64,000 nucleotides of DNA from Nemertoderma westbladi (GCA_032718475.1 JAUCBJ010008666.1:1-64000), one strand, 5' to 3'; counted from the first letter of the stretch, positions 48,000 through 61,194 are shown. Numbers and translations are program-made. The notes: a model not told the origin generated them from the sequence alone.

Positions 48000-49592
48000 C
48001 TAACCGAACATATCGGATACAATGTCAGAAACATCACCAACCTCATCAACATCCTCATCTTTATTCTCTATCAAGGTGCCTACCGTTTCCAGAGTGTCTC
48101 TGAGTTTCTCCCGACTAACCTCGGAGCGTTTCGGCTTCGCTTCCGTTTTCCCGGGTAGTGGTTTCAGTTTGGACAGCCGTTCCGCGTCGAATGTGTTACT
48201 GAAACTCCACGGGGGGCGCGTTGGTTGTTCCCGACTGCCTCGGGACTTCGAGGCCAACTCCTTCTGTCGCTTCCGCCACTCCAACTGTGATTTAGTCAGC
48301 CGGAACGGCGGAGGCGCCGAGCCCACGGCGGCTCGTAGATTAGTTAAACTCTTCGATCGGGGTTCCTCCCGTAGAACCCGGGTTAGTTTACCCGGAGAAT
48401 CGTTGATCGATAAATCCCCAGATTCGTCGGAATCCGACAGATTCCCTCCCCGCCGCCGGTATTTATCTACGATTTCTTCGGCTTCTCTATCGAGACCAAC
48501 CTCTGTTCCGAGTTTATTCACAGATTTGTCTAAATAAGCACGACGATATGCTCTCTCGATTCGATTATAAATTTCGTCCATATCTCGCTTTATTTTTGAG
48601 GGCTCGGTATTATCTTTTACGCATTTGCGTTCCCTAATTTTATCGATGTAACTTGATTTACTTGTTGATGAGTCAGTCAATTCGCTGTCACTATTGTAAT
48701 TGTCTTCGTATTTCCTAGGCAGACTAGCAGAACGGAATTTACGAGACTTGTCGCCCTTTTTGAGATCGTATTTATTTTTATCTTCGGAATGTAAAAATCC
48801 CCCGTCGGCGTCATACAGATCACCGTAGTAACCGGAACGATTTGTAACGCCATCTAGAATCTTAAATCCATCGTAAATATTAGCGCGTGAGGACGAGTTC
48901 AAAGGATACCCGCGCGATGGCGCCCTGTAACTGCCACCTAGCGGAGCCACTGGAACTACTCTACCAGGTGGAGGGTATTTAGTGTTGGTATACTCCGCTA
49001 GGGGCGTAGTGTACGGCGTTACGAGTTTGTGATTGGTCGGGTATTTGGGCGGTTTCAACACCGACTCCATATTGATATCGCGGTAGCGATCCGCTAGCGA
49101 CGACTGGCCCAAAACCGAATCGGTCCAGCCGTTGTAGTTTATACCGTAACTAGGCAACGACGCCTCTCGGGCCTCATACTGATTATTATATCTGGAAGGG
49201 CGGATGTAAGGAGTGTCTCCTGAGCCGTATAATTCCTCATTAGGAATATCGTCTAAGACATTGAAGTCGTCTCTGAAATCCACTTTCCCTCGTTTAAAAC
49301 CCTTGAAATATTGTTTGTGATTTACTACCGAGGTGTCGTCGCTGGTCAGCTGATCCGAGTCGGAGAGACGAGCCCCCCTCCTTCCGGGGGAATATTCCGG
49401 GATCTCGAGACGAGCCCCCCTCCTTCCGGGGGAATATTCCGGGATCTCGTTCCGACAGAGCCGGCAGTGCAGCGCCATCTCGCGTTGGTTCCGCGGTTTC
49501 GTATCGGATTTGGGAGTGCATCTAGCCGACACTAGGGGGCTGTCGTCGCTTTCGATGTATTGAATACATTGCGGACAGACTTCAATATAAAC
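48000..49592 (-). CDS. Large exon of an uncharacterised low-complexity (S/D/R/Y-rich) protein
   Basis: TTTCAG acceptor in phase 0 at 49592 and ~530 open codons. It ends either at the TAG at 48000-48002 or at the donor G|GTTAGT at 48005. Confidence 0.85.
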   Translation of the reverse strand, partial: VYIEVCPQCIQYIESDDSPLVSARCTPKSDTKPRNQREMALHCRLCRNEIPEYSPGRRGARLEIPEYSPGRRGARLSDSDQLTSDDTSVVNHKQYFKGFKRGKVDFRDDFNVLDDIPNEELYGSGDTPYIRPSRYNNQYEAREASLPSYGINYNGWTDSVLGQSSLADRYRDINMESVLKPPKYPTNHKLVTPYTTPLAEYTNTKYPPPGRVVPVAPLGGSYRAPSRGYPLNSSSRANIYDGFKILDGVTNRSGYYGDLYDADGGFLHSEDKNKYDLKKGDKSRKFRSASLPRKYEDNYNSDSELTDSSTSKSSYIDKIRERKCVKDNTEPSKIKRDMDEIYNRIERAYRRAYLDKSVNKLGTEVGLDREAEEIVDKYRRRGGNLSDSDESGDLSINDSPGKLTRVLREEPRSKSLTNLRAAVGSAPPPFRLTKSQLEWRKRQKELASKSRGSREQPTRPPWSFSNTFDAERLSKLKPLPGKTEAKPKRSEVSREKLRDTLETVGTLIENKDEDVDEVGDVSDIVSDMFG

Positions 49593-49861
49593 CTGAAATA
49601 AAAGAAAAAATAGACTAATATTTATAAAAACATTCAATAAGTAGGACTTACTGTAATGCGGGAAAATAATATAAAAAAAAAGAAAATTGAAGATGTAAAT
49701 CACACAGGTACCGTTGTAAAGTCCGCCATAAGGGCAACATGTTGCGGTAAACCAACAACGCAGATAATGATTATCCATATTTTATGCTCATTTTGTTCTA
49801 CGCATGTCCTTAGATCATCATAATGATGATGGGGTGATGGTACCTCCTGCCAATGGAAATC

Positions 49862-50085
49862 CTGCCAAGTACCTAACTGATCTAGACTTTGCTGATGACT
49901 TAGGAGTACTCTCAGAATCACTAGAGGGAGCTTCTAGTGTTGGTCTTTTTGTTAACTCCAAGAAGAAATTTTGACAGTTAACTTCGCAAATCCTCAGGTA
50001 ATGTCTGATAGATTAGCATAAGCTCAAAGGATGGTATGTTTGATCATGTGGATGACTTTTGTTACCTGTGATCATGGATCCGTAA
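49862..50085 (+). mobile_element. Decayed RTE-like reverse transcriptase fragment
   Basis: YLTDLDFADDLGVLSE...VGLFVNSKK...HVDDFCYL*SWI is the YADD-type motif region with internal deletions and a stop. Confidence 0.75.
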
Positions 50086-50412
50086 GGAAGAGTTCCAATA
50101 TTTCTCATTCTCAATAATAAAGTGGGAAAATTATAAATATTTACAATATATTATACGCAAAGGAATTTTATCAATTTTACTCCACTATAATTTTTACTCC
50201 GCTATAATTCACCAGTCCTTTTTAATCAATGTTCGGAAAATATCCAATTAAACTCCTTGAAAACGAGTAGACCTAAGTAATACCGAAGTTGCAAGGTTTC
50301 CAACTGCAACCATTTCTTCCCTTGACGGTCACCTAATATGAATACAGATTCAAATGAATTCCGATGGAATATGCTTAACGTTCTATTTGTTCATGTTGTT
50401 AGTCTTCATGTA

Positions 50413-53077
50413 CACCATGTCCCGTAATATAGTGTCATTTTCTGATGACACGGAACCCCCCCCCCCCCAGATTTTTCTACAAATCTTTATCATATTGCTT
50501 GAAATTTGAAACACCACTAGTTCAACTCACCGTGGTTGTTACCGTCCACATGAAGACCTCCGGTGACATAAGGTCCCTTTTCTCGTGGCCAGGCTTTATC
50601 ATATTGCTTGAACTTTAAACACAACTAGTTCAACTCACCGTGGTTGTTACCATGAAGCCGGAATTTTCGATTTTGCCTTTAAATTTTTTTTATAAGCGTT
50701 TTAAAAAAGTGTCTTTTGCGAAATCGCACCCTCTGTATCGTAGCCATTCTTCACATTAGTCGTAATTTTTTCATATCAATAAAAAGCTTGCGTTGCAAGG
50801 ATTCCAAATATGTAACAATATCTGAATTTCGTTGAGAAACAGCTGAGATATAGGCGTTCAAAGATTGCAAGAATTATCGTTCGCTGAAGGTCATTTATTC
50901 TATTAAATAAATACACGATGTTCTGGAATATTTTGTTTAAGTATGAATAGCTACGCAATAGATATATTGGATAGGAATACCGCTGTTGTAGCGGCCAGGC
51001 TACTGTGCGGCTGACCGCGTTAAAATTTTGGTGCGGCGGGTTGAAATATTGCAGTATGGCGGTGTTTTATATTACGCGCACAATCGAGCATACTAGGGTT
51101 GAAAATGACTTGGGTGTGATTAAGTTCAGTTTTATTTATTATCAATTATTGTAGGGCGATAGTTCATTATTTTCAATAATTCGATAAAATATTATTATAT
51201 AATTTACAATTTACCGGTAATTAAATATAATTGTTTGAAAACTGCGTTAAACTGTTAAATAAGGGTATTATCAAAAGGTTGGGAAAAATTCGTCTGTTTT
51301 GGTAAAGTACAGAAAATGAAAAATAGGTGAACCGGTAATGGTAAAAGTAAAACAATAAATTAAGGTCTGAATAAGGGGCAAGGGGGAACTCGATTGAGCG
51401 GTGAAACACGCTGCCTAATAACCGACCAAAATTATCAGTGAAAAGGATCTCTTAATAAAGATTCTGAGCTTTTTTATAGTAATTTGTGCATTAAGGGGTT
51501 TCCCGATATATTACTCGATAATTAACGGTCAAAGTTCAAACACTGGCATCTGAATGATATTGATGAATTAATAATTTCGGGTATAGCCAATAGGATGGCT
51601 GGGGAGCCTATACATGGGGATAGCCCCACTGTGTCCACTGCTAAATCAGGGCAACGCATCATCTATATTGGATATAGTGAATGCTCATACTACGCTGAGT
51701 TGCATTCTAAGTACAGTGATTGGATCGGTCATTCAAAAAACCCCACAAAGAATGAATGAATGTAATAATACATGAGTTTGTTTGAAGGTAATCCAATCCA
51801 ATTAAGGCGGCCCTTCTGATGAAATGATAAATGATATTGAAGGTAGTCCAATCCCGTCAAGGTGGCCCTTCTGATGGAATGAAACGATATGCGGGATTGA
51901 ATGAATAACCAAACCAAGAACTGCACAATAAAATGGTTGTATGCGTGGTAAGGGCAGAATAATTGGCAATTGAATTCATTTTATCTATGTGAAACTGCCC
52001 ATGTACAAACTTCCTAGACACCGGGAGGGTGCCGAAAATTTCAGGTCTGTCGTCATTCTAATGCCTGGAAAAGGTGAGTGATCAAAATGGTAACGGAATA
52101 GCCCAAAATGCACAAAAATAACTATAAATAAATATCATTCTAGCATTTTGGAAGTTTGAGTTTGGCCGTCGGCGCAACGTGAATCGCTAATTGAGAGGGT
52201 TCTGAGAGGATTATTACTAAATACAGTATGTAAGTGGATGTTAAATGATTAAAGACAATAATAATTTAAAACAAAATACAGTATATGGCGTTATAATAAT
52301 AATAAAATAATTAAATATACGTACTGGAAAAAGGTTAATTACTGTCATAGGTAAAGGGTTCGATGGCAACATTATAGGGAAAATGGGCTTAAAGCCGCAA
52401 CACGCATAGTGGGCAAAGCCGCAACAAAAGGATAATGGGCTCTACCGCCGCAACAATGGTCACAACTACTACTGGTAGGTTACGAAACTGAAAGTAAATA
52501 AATAAGGGGGCCTAAATAAATAATAAATAGAAATACGATTAAATATTGGATGAGAGTGGATAAATAAAGAGGATAAATGGGACAGACGAATTTCATTGCA
52601 GCTAAATTTTTGATGTGCTGAGCGTTAGCCAACCAACCAACTTATAAAATAAATAACACATTCTAGAATTTTGTGTATTTATTAAATAGAATAAATGGCC
52701 TGCAGCGAACGATAATTCTTGCAATCTTTGAACGCCCATATCTCAGCTGTTTCTCAACGAAATTCAGATATTGTTACATATTTGGAATCCTTGCAACCTT
52801 GCAAGCCTTTTTAATGATATGAAAAAATTACGACTAATGTGAAGAACGGCTACGATACAGAGGGTGCGATTTCGCAGAAGACACTTTTTTAAAACGCTTA
52901 TAAAAAAAATTTAAAGGCAAAATCGAAAATTCCGGCTTCATGGGGTCATCGACGGTGAGTGGAACTAGTTGTGTTTCAAATTTCAAGCAATGTGATAAAG
53001 ATTTGATAAAAATCTGGGGGGGGGGGGGGGGGGGGTCCGTGTCATCTGAAAATGACACCATATTACGGGACATGGTG
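50413..53077. mobile_element. TA-flanked non-autonomous DNA transposon with ~400-500-bp terminal inverted repeats
   Basis: TA|CACCATGTCCCGTAATAT... (50413-~50916) is the reverse complement of ~52673-53077|TA. No transposase ORF lies inside. Confidence 0.88.
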
Positions 53078-53196
53078 TATATATAAACACCGCACATTTA
53101 TAGCACTAATTGCTTGGTGATCTACACGAATTACCGGTAATCAGCGAAAATTGATTATATTCAAAGTAGATAAAAAGTTTTGATTGCTGAACCGTA

Positions 53197-56100
53197 AGAC
53201 TGCTAGCTAGTGCTGTACCTACCTGTGGAAAATGCTAGTGCTGTACCTACCTGGGGAGACTGCTAGTGCTGTACCTACCTGGGGAGACGGCTAGTGCTGT
53301 ACCTACCTGGGGAGACTGCTAGTGCTGTACCTACCTGTGGAGACTGCTAGTGCTGTACCTACCTGGGGAGACTGCTAGTGCTGTACCTACCCGGGGAGAC
53401 TGCTATTGCTGTACGTACCTACCTGGAGAGACTGCTATTGCTGTACCTACCTGTGGAGACTGCTAGTGCTGTACCTACCTGTGGAGACTGCTAGTGCTGT
53501 ACCTACCTGGGGAGACTGCTAGTGCTGTACCTACCTGTGGAGACTGCTAGTGCTGTACCTACCTGGGGAGACTGCTATTGCTGTACCTACCTATGGAGAC
53601 TGCTATTGCTGTACCTACTTGTGGAGACTGCTAGTGCTGTACCTACTTGTGGAGACTGCTAGTGCTGTACCTACCTGTGGAGACTGCTAGTGCTGTACCT
53701 ACTTGTGGAGACTGCTAGTGCTGTACCTACTTGTGGAGACTGCTAGTGCTGTACCTACCTGTGGAGACTGCTAGTGCTGTACCTACTTGTGGAGACTGCT
53801 AGTGCTGTACCTACCTGTGGAGACTGCTAGTGCTGTACCTACTTGTGGAGACTGCTAGTGCTGTACCTACCTGGGGAGACTGCCATTGCTGTACCTACCT
53901 GGGGAGACTGCTATTGCTGTACCTACCTGTGGAGACTGCTAGTGCTGTACCTACTTGTGGAGACTGCTAGTGCTGTACCTACCTGTGGAGACTGCTAGTG
54001 CTGTACCTACTTGTGGAGACTGCTAGTGCTGTACCTACCTGGGGAGACTGCCATTGCTGTACCTACCTGGGGAGACTGCTATTGCTGTACCTACCTGTGG
54101 AGACTGCTATTGCTGTACCTACTTGTGGAGACTGCTAGTGCTGTACCTACTTGTGGAGACTGCTAGTGCTGTACCTACCTGTGGAGACTGCTAGTGCTGT
54201 ACCTACCTGTGGAGACTGCTAGTGCTGTACCTACCTGTGGAGACTGCTAGTGCTGTACCTACCTGTGGAGACTGCTAGTGCTGTACCTACCTGTGGAGAC
54301 TGCTAGTGCTGTACCTACTTGTGGAGACTGCTAGTGCTGTACCTACCTGGGGAGACTGCCATTGCTGTACCTACCTGGGGAGACTGCTATTGCTGTACCT
54401 ACCTGTGGAGACTGCTATTGCTGTACCTACTTGTGGAGACTGCTAGTGCTGTACCTACCTGTGGAGACTGCTAGTGCTGTACCTACCTGTGGAGACTGCT
54501 AGTGCTGTACCTACTTGTGGAGACTGCTAGTGCTGTACCTACCTGTGGAGACTGCTAGTGCTGTACCTACCTGGGGAGACTGCTAGTGCTGTATCTACCT
54601 GTGGAGACTGCTAGTGCTGTACCTACCTGGGGAGACTGCTAGTGCTGTACCTACCTGTGGAGACTGCTAGTGCTGTACCTACCTGGGGAGACTGCTAGTG
54701 CTGTACCTACCTGTGGAGACTGCTAGTGCTGTACCTACCTGGGGAGACTGCTAGTGATGTACCTACCTGTGGAGACTGCTAGTGCTGTACCTACCTGGGG
54801 AGACTGCTAGTGCTGTACCTACCTGTGGAGACTGCTAGTGCTGTACCTACCTGGGGAGACTGCTAGTGCTGTACCTACCTGTGGAGACTGCTAGTGCTGT
54901 ACCTACCTGGGGAGACTGCTAGTGCTGTACCTACCTGTGGAGACTGCTAGTGCTGTACCTACCTGGGGAGACTGCTAGTGCTGTACCTACCTGGGGAGAC
55001 TGCCATTGCTGTACCTACCTGTGGAGACTGCTAGTGCTGTACCTACCTGTGGAGACTGCTAGTGCTGTACCTACCTGTGGAGACTGCTAGTGCTGTACCT
55101 ACCTGTGGAGACTGCTAGTGCTGTACCTACCTGGGGAGACTGTCATTGCTGTACCTACCTGTGGAGACTGCTAGTGCTGTACCTACCTGTGGAGACTGCT
55201 AGTGCTGTACCTACCTGTGGAGACTGCTAGTGCTGTACCTACCTGTGGAGACTGTTAGAGCTGTACCTACTTGTGGAGACTGCTAGTGCTGTACCTACCT
55301 GGGGAGACTGCTATTGCTGTACCTACCTGTGGAGACTGCTAGTGCTGTACCTACCTGTGGAGACTGCTAGTGCTGTACCTACCTGGGGAGACTGCTAGTG
55401 CTGTACCTACCTGTGGAGACTGCCATTGCTGTACCTACCTGTGGAGACTGCTAGTGCTGTACCTACCTGTGGAGACTGTTAGAGCTGTACCTACCTGGGG
55501 AGACTGCCATTGCTGTACCTACCTGTGGAGACTGCTAGTGATGTACCTACCTGTGGAGACTGCTAGTGCTGTACCTACCTGGGGAGACTGCTATTGCTGT
55601 ACCTACCTGTGGAGACTGCTAGTGCTGTACCTACCTGTGGAGACTGCTAGTGCTGTACCTACCTGTGGAGACTGCTAGTGCTGTACCTACCTGTGGAGAC
55701 TGCTAGTGCTGTACCTACCTGGGGAGACTGCTATTGCTGTACCTACCTGGGGAGACTGCTATTGCTGTACCTACCTGGGGAGACTGCTAGTGCTGTACCT
55801 ACCTGTGGAGACTGCTAGTGCTGTACCTACCTGTGGAGACTGCTAGTGCTGTACCTACCTGGGGAGACTGCTATTGCTGTACCTACCTGGGGAGACTGCT
55901 ATTGCTGTACCTACCTGTGGAGACTGCTAGTGATGTACCTACCTGTGGAGACTGCTAGTGCTGTACCTACCTGGGGAGACTGCTATTGCTGTACCTACCT
56001 GTGGAGACTGCTAGTGCTGTACCTACCTGTGGAGACTGCTAGTGCTGTACCTACCTGGGGAGACTGCTAGTGCTGTACCTACCTGGGGAGACTGCTATTG

Positions 56101-57209
56101 CTGTACCTACCTGGGGAGACTGCTAGTGCTGTACCTACCTGTGGAGACTGCTAGTGCTGTACCTACCTGTGGAGACTGCTAGTGCTGTACCTACCTGTGG
56201 AGACTGCTAGTGCTGTACCTACCTGTGGAGACTGCTAGTGCTGTACCTACCTGTGGAGACTGCTAGTGCTGTACCTACCTGTGGAGACTGCTAGTGCTGT
56301 ACCTACCTGTGGAGACTGCTAGTGCTGTACCTACCTGTGGAGACTGCTAGTGCTGTACCTACCTGGGGAGACTGCTAGTGCTGTACCTACCTGGGGAGAC
56401 TGGGAGTGCTGTACCTACCTGTGGAGACTGCTAGTGCTGTACCTACCTGTGGAGACTGCTAGTGCTGTCCCTACCTGGGGAGACTGCTAGTGCTGTACCT
56501 ACCTGTGGAGACTGCTAGTGCTGTACCTACCTGGAGAGACTGCTAGTGCTGTACCTACCTGGGGAGACTGGGAGTGCTGTACCTACCTGTGGAGACTGCT
56601 AGTGCTGTACCTACCTGGGGAGACTGCTATTGCTGTACCTACCTGGGGAGACTGCTATTGCTGTACCTACCTGTGGAGACTGCTAGTGCTGTACCTACCT
56701 GTGGAGACTGCTAGTGCTGTACCTACCTGTGGAGACTGCTAGTGCTGTACCTACCTGTGGAGACTGCTAGTGATGTACCTACCTGGGGAGACTGCTAGTG
56801 CTGTACCTACCTGGGGAGACTGCTATTGCTGTACCTACCTGGGGAGACTGCTAGTGCTGTACCTACCTGGGGAGACTGCTATTGCTGTACCTACCTGTGG
56901 AGACTGCTAGTGCTGTACCTACCTGTGGAGACTGCTAGTGCTGTACCTACCTGGGGAGACTGCTATTGCTGTACCTACCTGGGGAGACTGCTATTGCTGT
57001 ACCTACCTGTGGAGACTGCTAGTGCTGTACCTACCTGGGGAGACTGCTAGTGCTGTACCTACCTGGGGAGACTGGGAGTGCTGTACCTACCTGTGGAGAC
57101 TGCTAGTGCTGTACCTACCTGTGGAGACTGCTAGTGTTGTACCTACCTGGGGAGACTACTAGTGCTGTACCTACCTGTGGAGACTGCTAGTGCTTTGTGC
57201 TTTACCTAC
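53197..57209 (-). repeat. 28-bp minisatellite, ~140 copies, starting exactly at an exon donor site
   Basis: Unit on the - strand: GTAGGTACAGCACTAGCAGTCTCCMCAG. It abuts the exon end CCCCAG|GTAGGT at 57210. Confidence 0.97.
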
Positions 57210-57303
57210 CTGGGGCTGGGAATTTGCACAAGTTTTCTTCGGATTCTCTGTCTCGCGGGGTTTTTTAATCTCTGCGGGCGCCGGTGGCGGTGTAATAGGT
57301 TTC
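57210..57303 (-). CDS. Exon of the uncharacterised protein (Pro/Lys-rich)
   Basis: TTACAG acceptor in phase 2 and CAG|GTAGGT donor in phase 0, fitting both neighbouring exons. Confidence 0.8.
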
Positions 57304-58009
57304 CTGTAACGGAATAGTAGAAGACAATACAAATTAGTGTATTGTATTGACTTACAGTACTGAATCAACAAACTTTTAAACTATTATTAATATTAATTTT
57401 GTGTTAGAAACTCGCCCGCAGTAGTCTACTAGCCACTGTAAACAGTATTGCTAGGTTAGAGTTATGTGGCGAGCCAAGAAATGAGCGGAACCTCTTCATA
57501 CGAATTCAGTTTAGTCTAAAGGTCTTGTGCTTGTATGAACCGAACCTAGACAGCTGGTGCCAACCGCCGAGACACGCCAGCCGGTAATAAAAGGTATATG
57601 AATATAATATTATCGGCAGTACTGTATAAACAAACCAATAGTATTTAACCGCGACGACATTTCTATAAAATTACACTTTTACACTTTCAAAGAAAAAATA
57701 TTAAAGACAGCTTAAGACAGTAATAATAAAAAAGACAACTTGAAAAGTATTGCTATTCAAAAGTTTTCAATCTAGAACTTGCAATACTTGTATAATAATT
57801 TGGCTCGTCGTGATTTCAGAGGACTTGGAATTCCAAGATGAACAGCTGAACAGAAAAACAAACAGTTTCTGAACAGTTGAACTCTTGAACAGAATAATGA
57901 ACAGTTTCTAACGGTTGAACAGAATAATGAAAGTTTCTAGTAGTTGATGAGAATAACGATCAGTTTCTTAGTTGAAACCAAATTAACTAAATATTTCAGG
58001 GCTACTCAC

Positions 58010-58367
58010 GGTGGGGCTGGGGGAGGAGTTGTTTCCCGTTGACGAGGTGGAGTTACTGGTCGAGGTGGGGTTGGTGGTAGGAGATCGGCTTGGACACCTA
58101 CCGTGTCCGTCCTGTGGACGTCTCCGACCTGGACACCAACCGTTTCCACAGAGACGTCGGGAGCCACGGGAATGGGGACCAAGAGAGTCTCCAACTCCGG
58201 CAGTGTCTGGGAGGAGGTTGTCACATCGGTTAGTAAACTGAAACCGAAAGAAGTTTGGCTGTCGGTATCCGTATCTTTGGTAGATCCGACAACAGGTTGA
58301 CGAGTTGGACCGTCGGTAGATCGTGGAAAGAAGGTCATTTTTGGGAAAACAGTCGGAGGTTTGGGAA
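58010..58367 (-). CDS. Exon of the uncharacterised protein (Pro/Thr-rich, with GVQV/GVQAD motifs)
   Basis: CATTAG acceptor in phase 1, GTGAGT donor in phase 2, and a GC-rich open frame. Confidence 0.82.
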
Positions 58368-58968
58368 CTAATGGGAGAATATAGACATGGATTATAATAT
58401 AGACCAATACAGTACAGTAATATAACAAAGTATATAGCGAAGGTTCTACTCCTAACTACATCCTAAATAGATTGCTTTGTGGCCCCGTAACGCTGCAAAA
58501 TAATATCAATTACTTGGAAACAAGCGACGTTTCTGGTATACATCTTTACTATTCTCTATTCTGCTCTAGTGTGAATGATAGCAGCCATTGTATGCAGCTA
58601 ACTGTAAGATTGTTTACCGTACAGTTGTTGTAGTAGCAACTAGAACAAACTAGTTGCATATGAATGGGTATTAATTTTATTTTCAAATTGTTACCTTTTC
58701 GCTCGAATATACCGCGAATTCGGGATAAAAAGTGGAAACAAAGGGAAAAAAGGTAACCCAAAGGAATTCATTTATTTTTTTTTTTGAGAAAAAGTAAAAT
58801 TATTTTTGGTGGAATTTCTTAATTTTTATAATTTATTATTTGTGTTATGGAGTTGGTGAAGAGAAGACGGCAGCATCATATGATAGTATTGACAGATGGG
58901 AGGTCATGAGGAGGTAAATTGCGGACATACAAGGTATCAGATAGAATATCCAGGTCTATCTTTTACCT

Positions 58969-59045
58969 GAGCCGCTAGCTAAGTGGATAGAGCGTCAGAC
59001 TTCCAACCCCGAGGTCATCAGTTCGATCCCACCTGGACGTCATTG
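58969..59045 (+). pseudogene. tRNA pseudogene or tRNA-derived SINE head
   Basis: A box TAGCTAAGTGGATAGAGC and B box GTTCGATCCC are present; the anticodon and acceptor stems are mispaired. Confidence 0.65.
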
Positions 59046-60089
59046 CAGACTTTGCAAAAGCTGTGCCCAACAAAAAGTTATTTATATAAAATTTTATTAT
59101 TGCTATTATTGTAATAAATAATCGAAAACACTAAATTATTTAACATTGAGTAAGGCAGCATCAGGAGTTGAAGATTACAATAATTTGAATCGCAGTAACT
59201 GGAAACAATATAGTCAAATACTGTAAGTTAATTTATTTTGTACCACTATATTGCTCTATATTTAAAGAATTGAGCAACAATAAAGTATCAATTTAAGAAT
59301 AAAATTACATATTACATTTTTTTCAATATTCTCTCGACCCGTTATTAACCTTGCTGGGGCTCGGTAAATAAAATGCCTCAAAAAGTGAAAAAAAAGTTCC
59401 ACTTTCATTTTCCCATGTAATAAATTATAATTATTAATATGCTGTAACATTATAGATTATTAAAGCGCACGAGAAGCCGATAATTGGACATAATGTAACA
59501 AATTTACCTACACCGTGGTATAACAATGGCACTAATCAACGTTACAGACCCGCATATTTACGTAAACCACCATCACTGCGCTCGTTTATTACATAAATAC
59601 ACTCGAATCATTCCAGCAGCGATTCCTTTAATGTGATCTATTACAGATATTCTGTGTATAGCCATATCACCCACGTTTAGCAAAATTACGAAAGTTAATT
59701 AATTCCCAATTATTATTGTACCTGGACCATTTTACTGGTACTCATTAATCACTGTATCTCAACGTTTTTAGGAATACCACGATTACAGATGAACCGATGA
59801 AGTTTGGAGTTGGAGTACGACATAAAAAATTAAACTAACATTCTGACAATCTTTGACATGAACAATTCCACATGCGCCACATCACTTGGCCAAATGGTAC
59901 ATGTTCGTGGGGCCATCGCGCAGGACGAGGCTCAGTTATCAGATACAGACTAAAATTGAGCGACTTTATCACAAAATCAGGTTTTGAAAATTTACCCACA
60001 CCACCAATCAATCAAAGAAAGGGGGACAGTACGTGTTCACCCCTTTTAATCTGCAGCCCCCCCCCCCCCCCCTTCCCACCCACCAGTAC

Positions 60090-60405
60090 TTTATAACTAC
60101 CGATGCCTTCAATAGGCGCAGCCAGGTATGGTTTATAGGAATATAATAAACGCAGTAGGCAGTACTCGTCTTCATTATTATAAACGTCGTTGTGCTCGTC
60201 CTGTTTTGTATTTAAACATATTTCCTAAACGCAGACTGACGGACGATCTTTATAACTACCGATGCCTTCAATAGGCGAAGCCAGGTATGGTTAATAGGAA
60301 TATAGTCTACGCAGTACTCGTCTTCATTATATACCGCGTTGCGCTTGTCACTCGTCCTGTTTTGCATTAAAATATTTTTCCTAAACCAAGACTGACGATC
60401 TTTAT
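60090..60405. repeat. Diverged tandem duplication of a ~158-bp unit
   Basis: TTTATAACTACCGATGCCTTCAATAGGCG occurs at ~60090 and ~60248. Confidence 0.85.
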
Positions 60406-61194
60406 ACAGTTATAACTATGCGAAGTTTCGAAACTGTGCGAGTTTCACACAACTGTGCTGATACATCTATGCGGAGATGTGTGATACAACACCAACGCAT
60501 CGTATGCCGATGTAGTAATATGGATATTGAAATAATATTAAATCAATGTACACTCTTAAAGCTGCAGCGAAAAAATGTAGATAATTTCCTAGGTTACATA
60601 TAAAATAATATTATTATTTTTAAGAACATTAATTTTACTACTTTGCAAAAATTCAATTAAAAAATAACCAGACAAATATATTGCGGAATAAACTATTACA
60701 GATATAAGCCTACAACAGTCATTATATCTTCTGACACCTGAGATAGTAAGTAATACAACATTTATAGTATAGAGTCAATAGGAATTGAACTACAGGCAGT
60801 ACATGGTTGGAGTTATGTCTGGGTTGCTATAGCAATACTACTGGCTGCCTATTACAGTACAATTCCCCTCTGGTAAGGCTACACCAACATCTCCCAACTC
60901 TACACCCCCGTAGAGACTATGTTAACAAATAATGGGCAGGATTAAATTTGTACTCAATAATTGTGCCGCTTTAATTACGTTTAGATCAATTAAAGACACA
61001 TTTATTAAAGCAAATCACTTGAACTAATTAAAGACTATAATAGAATGGGGTATGTGGATTACATCTGTATAATTTTTACGTATAATTATTTAAATCGTAT
61101 ACTGTAAAATAATTAATTTCCTTTAACAGGCAGGTTGAAAATGCAGTTTTTACCGTAATCAACTTAATTAACTAATTAACTGCTATTATCTTAG

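Noticed and set aside
49593-49778. N-terminal 62 aa of the listed 592-aa ORF
   Set aside because: AT-rich intronic sequence upstream of the TTTCAG acceptor at 49592.
58969-59045. Functional tRNA gene (TCC-like loop)
   Set aside because: The anticodon and acceptor stems do not pair; kept only as a pseudogene or SINE head.
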